DNA from: Balanoglossus misakiensis | Lineage: Eukaryota; Animalia; Hemichordata | Assembly: GCA_040954595.2 (NCBI GenBank) | Contig: CM082594.2 | Coordinates: 9,862,296-9,926,295, forward strand | Length of the DNA: 64,000 bases | Reading direction: 5' to 3' | Part shown: in pieces, positions 15,750 through 30,349 of the stretch | Numbering within the stretch: position 1 is the stretch's first letter | Layout of the letters: the number at the start of each line of letters is the position of its first letter | Notes under the pieces: model-generated | Databases searched by the model: none | Seen by the model: only the letters and a program-made list of their open reading frames with translations | What the model was told of the DNA's origin: nothing | Translations under genes and position numbers: made by a program

Positions 15750-15798
15750 AGAAATGAAGGAAGGAAGGAATGTATGAACGAACAAATGAATGAGTGAA
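15750..15798. repeat. Degenerate (GAAG/GAAT)n microsatellite
   Basis: gaaatgaaggaaggaaggaatgtatgaacgaacaaatgaatgagtgaa. Confidence 0.55.
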
Positions 15799-18700
15799 AG
15801 ATATATACCAGGTTTTCTCTGACAGTCATGCACCGTGGTGATGGTTATTACCCCCTTTCTTATGTCTTTCCAATTTTCCTTCACGGTCAGCCGAATCGGC
15901 AATTTAATGCCATCCTTGCAAACCAACCAAACCACAGCGCTCATCAACTATTATGCACCATTATACCTTTCTCTTACAATATGAATGCAAGACGCAAACC
16001 TCAGCATGTAGTTTCAGTGGTTGTACATGACTACGCATTAGAGAACGCGGCTTCAAGACACGGATTAGGCGTTCGGCGCAGGTTTGATTGTTTGTGAAGA
16101 ATAAAAAGAGGTTATTCTGGTCATGTTTAATGATATAGGCATATTACACACTGTTGAGCTGGTTAACAAGATCATACAAAGATCAAAATTGTCCTGAGAT
16201 TAATTTCATTCTAAATCATCAGGGGGGCTGCCTTTAAAAGGAGGATTTTCCTCTTACTGGATAATCGGCTGTCTTTGTAGGATAGAAAACCGACTGCATC
16301 TAAGTACTGAACGTCCATGAATTGAAGATTCTTAGATGAAATCGATGGCTCAGTGCATGAGGGACGTAACACCACAGTCAATACATGCATTATCTGTAAT
16401 GTTATTTGTTGACAACTGAATTTTAGTCTGTTCATGTAAATACGAACAGAGAAGGTCCATCCAAGTGTTTGGAAGCACAGTTTTGTATTGCCGTAAGGTA
16501 TTTCATATCGTGAGACTTGTCACCAGACATGTAGGTGGGGACGTAATAGTTTCAACACAACATGATGAAATGATGTAGCTCTCTGTGCATTTGCATCTTT
16601 GTAGCGATAATTCCAAAATGTGACAGTTCATCTGGGAAATTGGAAAATAGGTTTTAAAATTTATTTTTTGTTGCGGTGGATGTGCTGACATTTTAAACTG
16701 ACAACCTCCTCAAGCGCTCATCCTAGATAATTAGTCGTCATGGTAATACTAATAGCTCGCAGTTGCTAGGAACCCAGATTTATAAGGTAACAAATTTGAG
16801 CATTCATTTTTAGCTGAGGAATATCAAAAGCTACTGCTTTCTGTGGCGTTAGGTAGATCTCACTATAAAGATGGGTTTGATGAATGTTCTCTAAAAAATT
16901 TCAGTGCTTTGTGAAGTCATTTTTACACTAAAACATAAAAGTTAGACTTCTTTTTCAGAGATGGGCAAATGAATCACCGACTTATAAATATTTGAATAGC
17001 AATGACAGTACAAAATAATTATGCCAACTGATTATTTATGATGTAATTTCACAGTGGGAACAGTTTTCAGAAAAACTACATTAAATAACTCTTCACAACT
17101 GAAAACCAGAAACAATGGCAATGATGGCCATCTAGGCCCTCAGGCAGAATACGAACAATATTACACTTCAATATTTTTTTAATATCATGCTTGTAGATTG
17201 CGGTGCAAATGAGACTTTAGATGTGCACAGCCATCAAGCATATAATCTGTGTATTGTGACTGTTCTACGGTTTCCGTGGAAATATTATTAGAACAGCGAT
17301 GATAAACTTTCATGAATAAAACCAAAAGTAGTTAAAGTCATCCATCATCGGCTTAATGTTTGAGAAAAGTGGAATCATCGGACAGTTGTAATCTTGACTG
17401 GTTTAGGATGAGCTCATCATATTCCATGCTTTTCAGCTTTTCAAAGTAATTATTTATAATACCGTGAAGGCTTGTGTCCAAAAAGTAAAGAGGCCAGGAG
17501 GTACATGTCACAATCATCTACATGTACATCATGAAGATAAAAATACTGCTAAAGGTAACTGTGTCATGGTAAAGAAACAAAATGTAGGAAGGAAATTCAA
17601 CTGATGTCTTAAGATAACATCAAGATTTTTCTCTCGGAGGAATATTATCTGTGATAATGACTCCATCAATTAATTTAATTGAGGTTTTCACACTTACAAG
17701 ACAATGATATTACTATGTGGATAAAAAGAATTGGAATATCCGCAGGGCATTTTGGATGCTGTAGTGCTGAAATCAGTTCCACTGATTTGACGTATCTCAT
17801 GGGAATATCACAAGAGTATTGTTTGAATCACCACCATAGCTGACACCCTGTTTCGGAATTGCAACCGACTTCAGTTCACCGAACATCATTTCTGCCTGGA
17901 GTATGTTTGAAGGGGACGTATTCCAGGGATATAACATTCTGCAAATTGCACTCCGTCCAAAATTATGTTGTGGTGTGCCTGTCCATGAGGAAATCAAATT
18001 TTTTTTGTTTCCTGTGTGCTTGTTAAAAACTGTATTGAAGTTTGGTCTCCCTGGACTGATTTGACTCCAGCGTGTGATTGTGGGTACAATTTACAGAGTT
18101 TTATTCCAAATTAGTACGGTAATGAGTGACCTTTGCGAGAGATATTTCCGAGTCTTGGGACATTCTATCTTTCCGAATATGACTCACAGCAGACATATAT
18201 TCTTGTGAGTTGCAGTGTGTGATAATTAACAGACTATCTGTGATACCGACCATCACAAATTCTTTCACTTTCAACCATGCTACAAAAGTAAATTCTATAT
18301 ATAAGAAATATGGCTTTGAAAAATAAAAGATAATATTATACCCAGCATATGCATTGGAATGAATGTTGAATTATCTCCAATTGTGATTTCAATCCAAAGG
18401 AGGCCCAGAAGTTGCTTTTGTATGATATTAAACACATGAAAATTTGATCAAGTGTTGAAACATTAATTATCCGAAGCCTGTATTATAACATATTAGTTTG
18501 CTGGAAGGAAACTACAGCAGATAGTGAAGGTAGATTACCGTATGTTGAAATCTCACTCCCAAAGAAGGTCAAATAAATATTTCAGTGTTTCCTGTTGGGA
18601 AAAGGTTCCTGTTTGAAACTATTTTGCCGCATTACTTGTTCAAACAGAAGCTAGTTATTTTCATTACTGCATTGTAGATGGAGGCTTTTTGTTCATATCC

Positions 18701-19119
18701 TGTGTGGCTTGACACTGATGTTACAACAACTTACGTGAGATTAACCTTTTTCTCGTTTACAACATCAGGAAATTTGTGAACAGGTGAGGAAAATGTCGAG
18801 TAAATAATTCATATTAGATTGTTAATGTGTTACCATAGCAATACATTTTGTTTTTTACACCGTGCGTAAACTTGATATATGTGTACACCAGCAAAGGTTT
18901 GGTTTCCATCGACTAACCACTGTAACACAGGTTGATAAAAGAATTTGACCACAATACTAGGTATTTGTAGCATGATAATGAGAACTTGGTTTTCACCTCA
19001 GTTTACCAACTGAAATACAAAAGCTAGAATCATTCATAGGTGAACTAGTATCACCTGAATGAGGATCACATTCATTCTTTTAGAAGTGTTCAGAAATTAA
19101 TAATTCAATGATAAAATTA

Positions 19120-19432
19120 AGCAATAAAACACCCCCAGCCATGGTATATCACGAGATTTTGACCAGTTCACGACATATACGCACGAGCGATAGCGAGTGC
19201 GTATATGGAGTTGAACCGGTCAAAATCGAGTGGTATACCATGGCTGGGGGTGTTTTATTGCTATTATATTATGCCAGTATATTGAAACTTTGCATAAAAC
19301 ATTTTAAAAAGGCATTTTCTTTAACTATGATATATGACTGTGGTATATGGCTAATATATCACGGTCACGTGTCGTGTCTCGACCAATCAAATAGCGTGAT
19401 TTACACCATCAATATACTGGTATAATATAATA
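19120..19432. mobile_element. Non-autonomous foldback element with two adjacent inverted-repeat modules
   Basis: Hairpin 1: 19120-19184 pairs with 19197-19262 (agcaataaaacacccccagccatggtata / tataccatggctgggggtgttttattgct perfect at the base; 12-nt loop gagcgatagcga). IR 2: 19262-19285 tattatattatgccagtatattga vs 19409-19432 tcaatatactggtataatataata (23/24). CpG-rich relative to flanks. Confidence 0.7.
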
Positions 19433-22400
19433 ATTTAATAATGCACAAGATATGACGTCATCTGTTATATTCATTGCTGATGCATGAGAATGGATGTGGA
19501 GACTTTGAAAGCTGAGACTGATAATGGGTCAGAAGATGCACAAAATATTTCCTTTCAAAGTCTGAAGTGAAGCACATCAATTGTAAGCGTTGAAAGCAGT
19601 CGCATAGCACTGCTAGAGTTGTAACAGTCACATCTCCAGGGTATTAAGATTCAGATATGAGTAATATGTGACTCACTTTGATTAAAAGGTACTGTACTGT
19701 GAAGGGAAACGCCAAGTCCCTACAGGCTCTGGTGTTCTAGAAACAGTCTCAAAGATCAAGTTCAAGCTGTAGTATTGAAAATCAGTTTGATTGCGTTTAC
19801 AGACAAATGCACGGCAACATTACTATACACAGCTAGAAAAAAACACTGGCAGGGCCCTGAGGTATAACTCGATAACAGGGTAAAGATTTCAGAGCTGTAT
19901 TCTTGATAACCATGCACACAAAAACACACAGTCAGATATCTGATTTTTTGTTTCACTCTGACTTTCCATAGCAGCTGTGTGCTCCTCAGAGAAATTTCCT
20001 TCAACCATTAATGGAAGACCTTGTAGGATTTCCACTACTTCCTTTAATCTGGATTTTTAATTCCATCCAGTCTAATAGCAGGTAAAATACGGAGGCCAAA
20101 TCCATGAAGTATCCAGGAAGTCACCTGCACTGTAGAATTGCCGTGAAATTGTGTTGAAAGCATTCTGTTAGGATCAGACAACCGTGTAGGTTAATGAGTT
20201 GGACACACCATGCATAGACTTGTTTGATATCGACTGGAAATACTAATACATGTAAATGACTGTACCTGTTGAAGCAAGTCCACGATATACCATCATGTGA
20301 TGAAAATATTTATTCATGACAGGTTTAGAATATAACTGATGTGACTTCAATGAAATCAGCAAAGTATCTTATTGAATATGCTGTCCACTAAATGTTGCCC
20401 AAGTGATATCAAGAATGTGGTCATGAAAGAACAGCAGCACTAAATTTTAAAAAGGAGAAAATAAATGATCACAAAGTTCGTTGAAAATTGAAGTCAATTC
20501 TGCATGTGCGCACCTATACACAGCAATCCTTTGCAACCCTAAAAATTTCAAAGAAGACATTTCTATGGCAACCACCGCTAGTTTTCAGTAATAATAGAAA
20601 CCCACCAAGGACTTACTCAGATTGGTATATTTATTGCCTTTAATACATGTGGTTGCCAATATCATTTCCTTTTACCTTGAACTGTAGTTGATCTCTCTTC
20701 AAAAGAAAACTGCATGTACCAGCTGCAATCTCCGTACTCAATATGCTACTGTGTATAAACCAATTACGGTATTGATCAGGTTCATCACGTATTGATCCTG
20801 TGATCCTCGTACAAAAAAGCCAACTATCTGGCCAATATAATCAGATGTTTCTCATTTAATCGTACCCATTCACCGTTTCATACCCATTATGGTGCAATTT
20901 CAAGTATGTGTCATAATTCCCTCTTTAAATGTCATCTAGATCTTGGCTTGTGTTGTTCCCTTTAAGGTTTTGAGATATTGCACAAGTTTGCATTTGGTGC
21001 CTTCATGAAATAGAATGGTTCTAGTTGAAAGTTGATCTACTCAAGTGATGGTGACAAGTTACAAATTGATGGGATGTCCCGCAAAATGCTTTAAGTTCCC
21101 CATTGATTAATTTTGTCTCTGCTCATGCTGATGTGTTCTTCATCACCCGATTTGTCGCACATCAATTCAGATGTGGTGTGAATTCTAATGCAGATGAGTG
21201 GCGTTCTGATGAACACTTTCACACCCAGTCCAACACCTGTGGTTTCATCCCTTGGGTTTTCATGTCTTCATTTGCTTCATCAATTTCAATCCACAGTTCT
21301 GGAAAATTACCAAGGCACATGCGTATATTACCAGAAATCCTTTCTATTCGACATGTTGTTCTATCTGACCCACTTTAAACTTAAAACCTAGCGTGGCAGC
21401 TCCCTGAAAATGTATTGAACATTAAATGTGTGGATTGAAATATGCAGTGGAAAGAAATTAACAGACATTGCAGTTGATGTTTGCAGTTGTGTTGCACGTT
21501 CAACACTCATTCTTGGATCATGTTGGACTGATATTTCTTGACTGAAAAAAGGTTTCCTATTAAGTCATCTAAAATAAGATTTATGAATATTTTTACATAG
21601 TTGGCAGTATTTCTGAGTTCATCAGTATTCAGTTTGAGTCGGTGACAGCTAGTGCCACACCCTGTTTATGTGTTGACAGCTCGTTCTAGCCAGTCATGAT
21701 ATTTCGTTATTTTCAGCACTTTTGACTTCATACCATGGCAACCATGGAACCTTTCTGCAGATGAATATAAAACATTCTCATTCAGCAATGCAAGCATATA
21801 GTCTCGACTATCAGTGCAATCTGAAGCAATCTGCGTACAAGCTAGTTGCAGATGATGGAGTCCCTGTATCAGTGCTGTCAAACAAATTCTCATCTTGTTA
21901 AACTTTCATCGGTGTCGGCACCAAAGACTGATGTGAGATGAATTCCCACGATGCACTCCTCTGTGAACTTTTCACTATCATGCCCAGTGCATCTTACACA
22001 GAAGGCGCCTACTCTCAATTCCTTATAGATTGCCTTTTATTCTACAAAAGCCACTCAAAGTCAAATAGCAGGCTCTGTTTGTATTACTCATGTGTTGTAT
22101 TAGACACTATCTCAACAAAACAGATAACAGACAAATTCTGAACAAACAATTCATTTTTTTTCTAAAAGAAATGATTTGATATGACAGACTTGAGCTTTCA
22201 TGTAACTCAGCACTGACCGTCACACAAGCCAATAACTTGGTGATGTGTCCTCATATACAGTGTAATCAGAAAAACCAACAACCTACGGCTGATATATGGA
22301 GACCAAAGTCAAGACTGACAAAACCACAATTAGTGATTTCACGTTCTTTGGCTCAATTCCTGAGCTTTAATGAACGGCCTAATGTTATTTATGATAAAGT

Positions 22401-25400
22401 GGCTTGATGGCCAATTGGAGATAATTGTCAAATAAATTGTCGGCAAAATGCATCTGGAGAAATCATCAATCACGCTTGTAGATCAAAGTCAATGGTAACC
22501 AAGTTATAATTGTCTGTTTGAATATGTATATTCTGCAGGTTACAACTCTTTCAAAAATCAGTTTTCTTTACCACATAACATCATTCTTTCACTCAATTTT
22601 TGCTATAATATACTTGTATTTATTAGTACAAGTTGATGTAATAACTAGACCATAGCATTAATGGTAGGAAACACACACAGTGTTCTCCAACTAAATATCA
22701 TCTAGATTTAGCCGTAATTGTTTCATGTGTTAGGCGTGTCCACAGATTTCATTTGAAATTTTAATGGTGAAGCATTATTGCCACTGGGAGATTATAAGTT
22801 TTGCAATCCACAAACACACTGCATACTAAATACGGCAGCTAGCATGCTTATAAATGCCAAAGGCATTTCTACTAAGTCTTTGGTAATGATGAGTCTTTAC
22901 AGTGAGTATTACCTTGGATTTGTCAACGTCGTTATTGTTTGTGTTCATAAAACAAAGTTTTAATTAGGTACTGTGTCAAAAGGAAGGTTTATGGTACAAA
23001 GTATCTGAACATGGGTAGGTTCCATTGCAATGTGTAAAATAGCATTGGATCATTGCTTCTTTGGAGCATTTCGTCATGATTCACATGCATGCTGATGGCT
23101 CTAACTGAAAGTTATCATACAGCGTAATGGTTTCTATCAGGATCTAACTTTAAACGGGCATTCACTCGAGCGGAGGGAAAAAATAAAAAAGGGAATGCAT
23201 TGGGATCGCTTTCACTCTTTGAAGCAGTATTTTTCATTGGATCTTAACATAATTAGGTACTCAACTCCGTAGATTGCATAAAAGTAGAATTTTCATGAGA
23301 AAACGTGATGGAAATTTCAAGTGGTGCAGGCGGCAATCATCCTGTCCAGAAGGCTGCGGTGATACCTTTGCATTGTGAACGTGATGTTGCCTTTGAACTG
23401 TTCATTGCCATCAGTCCTACACGGCCATGAGCAGCTTGTCCTGATGGAATACACAATCCCGTGGCCATGACATTGAAAGTGACGAGATTAAGGTTGCAGA
23501 CATACTGGCGCCAGTCACCATCTAACTCATTGTATCTTTGATATTAGTATTTGAAGTCGCTTTTCCCCAGGTGGTAGTTACGATATATTTCTATTAAGAT
23601 TTTATGCGGGGCTGCATTTGTGGGAGTGCAAAATGATTGAAGAAAGAGAAATGGCCTGATTGTATGCATGTTTGATTGCCTTCCTTGCTTCATTTGCTGT
23701 GTGCATGAAATGTTTCTGATGTCAAGTTGTTTGATGCCTCTGTGAGATCGCTGCTGATTTATGCGAGTCGGAGTCTCGATTGCTTTCTGGCGAACCCATC
23801 ATGTTTTTCAATAAAGTGAAATCTCACATTATCTGCCTGCTCTCCTCGGTTTTCTACAGGTATGTCAGCATCTTTATGCGACTATTAATAAAATTCTGCC
23901 GTAAACTCTACGCTTACGTGTCACTGCACCTTGACGACAATTCTTTTTCATATAGTTCCCCTGTTGATACGTTATATTTTTCGTCTGCATTACAACTTAA
24001 ATGCTGTTACCCTATACACACTTGTATCATGTTGCAAGATGTAGTCTAAAAACCCCTTTGCAGCAGTCCCTTTGCCCTGCTGTTTCAGTACAGGCATACC
24101 AGCAGACTGTACAATATTTTCCTTTAGGTAGATGGCACTATACAGTGACGTGAATTTGATGAATTTGATGTTATTTACATTAAAGATAAAAGTAATGAGA
24201 AGAAAATTGCCATTTGTCTGTGCATTATGGTAATATTTGACATTTTAATCTTTTAATGCAATATTGGGAACCATTTTCCTTCTTTTGAGGAAAATGACCT
24301 GACCTACTGGCAATTTCTGGTCATGGTTGGTAAAATATTGTGGTGGCATGTTTGCATTTCTTTTGCATCGAAGATTATCTCGGAGATAAAGGCACTTAAA
24401 GCAATTAAAATTTCATAAGGAAATTGGAAGATGAAAGATAAGGGTTGGGTTATCTGAGAAATTTTGATTGATGGATACTTGAGATGTGAAATAATTTTTT
24501 TGTCTGGAAGTTAGGATCGCTTGTGTCAGAGATAAGGCAAATAAAAATGAAATTCCGTGTTGGGGATTGTAGTCTTTCACTAAAGGTTCAAACGGGTGCT
24601 TCTCAAAAGCTTCAATTCTTGACAGCTCATGTGGAAAAAAATGATAAAGGATTAACTAAAAGATGAAAATTGAGGGGATAGGATGAGATAACTTAGACAT
24701 CAAGTGAAGTGAATAAATTTCATCAAGAAAATTCCCATATGTCTGGGCTTTATCAGCCAGCCCTGTTCCCGAGCTTTCCAATTTACCCGGTAATGCAGAA
24801 ACAAGGCAAGTTTCGTGAGTGATCAAAACCCAAGCTGCCAGTTACAGAGACTTTCCGTCGCCAATACGTTGACTTCCGTGGAAAGCAATTCCCAGGTGCC
24901 CGAGGATGATCCGGCTAGAGCACCGACCCTTGGCCATAATCCCAAATGAATGATTGGTGAGGTAATGTTTTGATTTCGACTGATAACTTACTGAAAACTC
25001 CATGGTGATTTATTAAGAATAGTAGGGATGTTAAAAGATGAGAAGTTTGCCGTAGGCTCGGGGAGACGTGCCAGACTTTGTATCCATTAACAAACAATTC
25101 CCAAAGCTCTGCCGCTAATCCAAGATCGCTTGGATGTTTCAGATCAACTCAACAACAAAATATGAACTAAACTGACTTTTGATTTTCTGTAATTGCTTGT
25201 TGAGATGACTTCAGATTTATTGAATGGGGCTTGTCTGTAACACAGAAGCTGCTTTCCTTAGAGTACCCAGAGATGCTACTGTACCCTACATGTATCTTGA
25301 AATATTAATAAGCTGTGACAACTGTAATGTGCCACATGGCCGACTTGATTGTTGCAGAGATGCATGTAGTATGACATAGTTCATTGGTCCGTGCCCGGCT

Positions 25401-26595
25401 TACCCAAAGGTTATAACCTTTCCAGATGTAGATTTTAATGTCTCACACTTGTGTAATGCTTTTGAGTCTGCGAGAGTGTGGGATCGATTGATCCCAAACT
25501 GTTGATCCACTTTATCTCCACATGAATTCTTCTCTCTGAAGATCTGATATTCTCTGATGAAAATGGCTTCTGTAACTGTACATTTAACTGTACAATTCAA
25601 GTCCAAAACCATATTTTATTGAACTTTCTTGGTACCGCAAAGGTGTGCAAATGATAATTTTATGATTACAAATTTGAATAGTATGAATATCAATGAATAT
25701 ATTTACATATTGTTAATATGTGGAGTGGTATGATATTAATTTCAGTTGGCTGTACAACATGCCCTTACTCTGAAGGGTCCAATATGAGTAGATGTCGCAT
25801 GATGACCCATGATTATAATGTTATCTTGTCAGAAGTCAACCGACTGTACAAGTAGCATAGGATGATAAATGAATGGAACATGGTAAACATTTGAAGTGTA
25901 ATGACGTGTGAAGAACACAATGCACATAGCAGTCATCGAACAGGGGATGTACGTGTGCGGACAGCAAATAATTCACCAAGAAATCGGTTTACAGATAATC
26001 TTGTTTGTGTGAGTGGAATTCATGAGAAAGCAAACTTGGCCTCTTGCAAGACAAGAAACCACATGTTAATGAGATGCGCGTTTCAATCAGTGAAAACCGC
26101 AAGCAACAGAGTTTGCATGTGTGTGGTGTCACCATCTCCTCCATTTTGTAGCGCAATCCAAACCCTTAGAGACAAATTTGCATCAGGTTAATACTGGTCA
26201 AGTGAAAGTCAATTGCTGTTGTCACCAAGCAGTGATTAATTTTTATCAAGGTCGTGATCAAGAATGGAACAACAGTGAGCAAAACATCTGTACCTGCTTC
26301 AGTGTGTGTCACCTGTTTTTCTACGAATAAAATGAGATTTCTCTGAGGAAAGTTTCTGTTTTCATGAATTTGCTCAAAACAGAATTATAACAGTCTTCAT
26401 TTCAAGAACGAGCTCATACAATAAAATAACGACACAAAGCAGTACTCACTAAAATAATATAAAAGTTTTATTCAGGACTATTAAAATCTATAAATGGCAC
26501 AGGTATTGAGTCTGTATGAATTAGGCTAAGGAAAGCCAGATTCGCGCTGTCTTGAAGGGATGTTACTCTGTAGGTAGTGGAATACCTTGCAGGTG

Positions 26596-26806
26596 TCTGT
26601 CCCACACTTGTCCTGATGGAAACCGAGGGGGTCTATTAGCATTGCTTACTCCTGTGGGAGTTGGGACTGTTTAGCGCACCATGTCTAAATTGTAGCTGGG
26701 GGGTCTTCGGCACACTTATTCTTGATGGAACTGAGGGGCTATGATACATCATTTCCTTCTGGTAGCTTGGGGGGTTGGCAGACACATAGGAAGAGTAACT
26801 TGGGGG
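26596..26806. repeat. Degenerate ~35-bp minisatellite, about 6 units
   Basis: G-runs end at 26631, 26665, 26703, 26738, 26774 and 26806 (32-38 nt spacing). Shared blocks cacactt-t-c-tgatggaa (26603, 26711) and gta(g/a)ct(t)ggggg (26692, 26762, 26796). Confidence 0.65.
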
Positions 26807-29800
26807 TATTTGCACGTTTTCATTAAAGAAAGAGCTTCACTTGAGAGGGAACTGGCGTATTGTGGTTTAGATATTGAAAAGTTATTTCTACGTGTTTGAG
26901 GTCAAGTCATTCAAGAATGATATACATCTTGCAGGAAACATGAAAGAAACACTAAATAGGATGCAAAAAGCATAGTAACACCAAACTTCATTGCAAATAT
27001 TTCCCACTGAGATAATGAGACCTTTCGATCCACAGTTTTGAAGAGTAAATTTTGACGTTCTTGCAGCGATATCACACGGTTTCATGAATTCACCGCATCA
27101 GTACGAATTGATCTGAATCAGTCCACAGGCTTGGCTGTCATCACTCAGGCTTTGTCAATTTTGAACCGCGAAGGCAATAAATCTGCTCTGATTTCACGCC
27201 ACAGATATTACTGATAGTAACGAGATTCATTCATACCCAAGACGGTAGTTTCTATCTTTGATGCGCCTCGTTTTACTGTCTTGCCAATAAACCTTGACTA
27301 GGTTAAGCTGTCTTCTGTCTCTGGGTGTTACGCTATGTGACTAGAAAGGTTAAACCCACAATTCACTCCTTTTAACATTATGCCTTCATAAGTCTTGACC
27401 CTGACACCACGATTCAACAGGTGGTTTTTTTCTTTTGCTTAACATTAATGATGAGAATCCCTGGTCTTTGATTAAAGCAAATAAAAATCATACTGTATTG
27501 TTAAATTCTGTACCTTTATTTCAATTCATGACCAGTAGTACTCTTCATAATCATAGCCATGAAATTTTGAAATCCAGTTCTCCCTCACCTCGTTCTAGTT
27601 CTGTCTAGTCAACAAGACCTGCAAGTGTTTTCCACATCAGCAAATTAAAGTCACACAAAAAACAGAAAGTTTACCCTAAGGCAATTCCCTGGCATGTCTT
27701 TGTCATTTCCTCCAAGGAGAGCTTTTACACAAATGAGGGGAAGGAACACCTTGGCACCATGCTAGGATCAAATCTTCAATACTGACTGTAAATCAGCATT
27801 AAATATTAACTAGAATTTAAAATATGATTCTTTGATTTTTTCTGTTTCACACTGTGACTTCAGGTTGGGTTTAACTTCATTAGGTGAGACTTGAGAATAA
27901 TAATGTTGTTCGCTGTACGCTGTTAAGGTGTTTAATCTTAGGTTTTAGGTTATTAATACTTTTTTCACAGTTTAATAGAGGTGAGACTGAACTAGTTTTT
28001 TACATGTTGATATTACAGTGGTTGAAAGTACTCGTTCCTTTTGTGCTGGGACATTTGTTAAGAGCACAGCGCTGTAAAAAAATTTCACAACAACATAATT
28101 AACCATTGAAAGTTCTGTCAAAGATTTCCAATTAGGTGCATTTTGTCTTTCCTTGACTCTAGAGAGTGCAGTTTACTTTCCTTATTGGCACTGCAAGTAT
28201 ACAGATGAGATTCTTGTCAACAAAATTGAGAGAAATGACAAAATGGTGGGGCATTTGTCATGAAACTTTGATGGTGTCTGTCAGTGAAGTGTAAACTGTA
28301 CTCCTTGCTAATGAAGATTTGTGGCTCCGCGGTAAAGGATTTGGGGATTACCATGGCAACAGAGTGAGATAACGGAAGATCCCATGACAGCAGTTGATTA
28401 AGACAGAATGTGCCATCAATTAATTAGCTGTTAATAGTGTTTGGTATCAGAGTGGTTTGCAGAGTGGTTTGCACAATTGTCATGACAGTCTGATTGCAGT
28501 TTAACATTTTCGTTGTGCTGTTGGTTTGCACAATTGTCTGTTAAGGATGTACGTTCGTCAAAATTGAAAGTATTGTCATTCCAGGGATTTAGACTGAAAT
28601 ACCTCCTGTAAATATAGATCTGACCTCATTATTTAGGTTAAATCATGTGACAGATTTCAAATACTGAAGAAGAGAAAAACACGAGTTGATCCAGGCTCCC
28701 TGCACAAAAGGATTTTTGCAGTTCCTTAATGCATAAACTGCTTAATATTTGTATTAGTTACACTAATGTGTCCCAGCCTCTAGTTATGAATGGAATTATC
28801 TGAAAATGTAATAAATCAGACAGGGATTGCCAGATTGTACCATATACTGTTCTGATAACAAAATCCAAAATGCGCTTCGGGGAACTGAAATTAGAGAACA
28901 TTCCATTTGTACTCTCTGTATTGGGTTTCTTTCTGCCAGAAGCTGGGATACAGTATACAGTTGTGTAATATACTAAAATGTTCATTGATTGTACATTATA
29001 CCAGCATGATTAAAGGTTTCGGTTGCAAAGTCTGATTTGTGCAGATTAAAATGCCATTTAACAAAACGTATTTGCTTCTACAAGCCAGTCAAAGCTGCTG
29101 GCATGATTTTGACCAGATTCACTTTACCCTAAGGGGAATATTAGCTTTTTTTGCAAAGAGATCCAAACTCTGGGTTTCTGCTGCTAGATTCAGGGATTCT
29201 GTTTGATAGTGGTAGTGTTAAAGGGGAAGGGTCGTATGAACTGCACATGCAACTTTCCTGTTTGTAAACATAAACCATCGTCATGCATTGACCTGTTGAT
29301 ACCACTGTTTAGGGAGACTTCGCCAACCAATACGTCTTCTATCAATTCAAAGTAAATTGGAAATGAGATGAAAAGGAATGATGCATTGTTCGCCTTGGTG
29401 TACACCAAAAAAAAACCATTGCAGCAGTGATTAACCCTTGCTACCCACTTTGACTTGCTAGAAACTGTCGTATGGGAACCATACACACATCAGCAGATGG
29501 GATATGACACACCCCCTTTAAACCCTGATAACATACTTATCTTTGGTACTTGTTATTCAACAATGCAGACTACATATGCCAAGGGTGTTTTTGAAACAAG
29601 CCAATATTCAATGGACAAAATCGATAGTATTTTCCAGAGTCAATCATTTGTGTTGAGCATAACATTTCATCGAACCAAGTATATTTTTAATGGTTGTGAT
29701 GGATTTATCAAATGACATTTTGGTTGATTGGATAATATTTTGACAGAATTCAGTTTAGACTAAATGGAACCAACATGATTTGGGAGAAAAATGTCCAAAG

Positions 29801-30014
29801 AGTAAACAACAGTTTTATTTTATTCAAAATTTGAAGAAGACATATAGAGTGCAAACACAGTATTAATTTTAACACTGACCCCTGGAAGCTTGACACTTTG
29901 ACTCAATTATGCAAGGCTTGTTTTTTTCCCTGTTAAAAGCATGCCAGCTGTGATATGGATCATGAGTCCTTGCCTATAGGTCTTATCATAATCTCATATT
30001 TTTTTCTGTTACAG

Positions 30015-30165
30015 GTGAATAACCTTTCCTGAGCTATTAACATAAGATGCGAGGGTATGCAACTTGTCATGGATTTCAAGCCAGTGCTGTTCTGAATACA
30101 AATTGCAGTATTCATTACGCTAACTACAAGATGAGTTCAAGCGTTACAAGGTTATTGATAGAATG
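30015..30165 (+). other. Candidate internal exon (non-coding or uORF-bearing), 151 nt
   Basis: Strong acceptor ctcatatttttttctgttacag|G and donor GAATG|gtaagt; alternative donor CTG|gtaagt at 30204. ATG at 30047 is open to the donor (39 codons plus 2 nt). No recognisable protein. Confidence 0.4.
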
Positions 30166-30349
30166 GTAAGTACTCTGATGGCAATGCTTGTCAGTTTTCA
30201 CTGGTAAGTGTCAACAACAAATACTTAGTATATCTGGTATGTGGCTCATGGGGTCTAAGCATGTGTGTTATTATCAAGTAATTCTCTCTCTCTGTATTGA
30301 TAATCTCTAGAAATGATTTCATATCAAAATATGCATAGAATTTTAGTAA

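Noticed and set aside
23840-23900. Strong acceptor ctcctcggtttctacag (similar ones at 14085 and 14109)
   Set aside because: No matching downstream donor or credible open frame.
24832-24852. AAGCTGCCAGTT, matching the first 12 nt of miR-22
   Set aside because: Only a few bases of upstream pairing; no full hairpin.
25406-25421. Perfect 16-bp palindrome AAAGGTTATAACCTTT (also short palindromes at 10936-10978 and a 9-bp IR at 4532-4554)
   Set aside because: About one such palindrome is expected by chance in 64 kb of AT-rich DNA.
26596-26806. Regularly spaced ~35-bp units as a CRISPR-like array
   Set aside because: No invariant repeat with unique spacers, no cas genes, and a eukaryotic context.
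28448-28538. Short local duplications (cagagtggtttg x2; tggtttgcacaattgtc x2)
   Set aside because: Ordinary slippage duplications with no further structure.
28541-28729. TTAAGG...CCTTAA-bounded segment as a Kolobok-type MITE
   Set aside because: Terminal complementarity is only 3 bp inside TTAA, which is insufficient.
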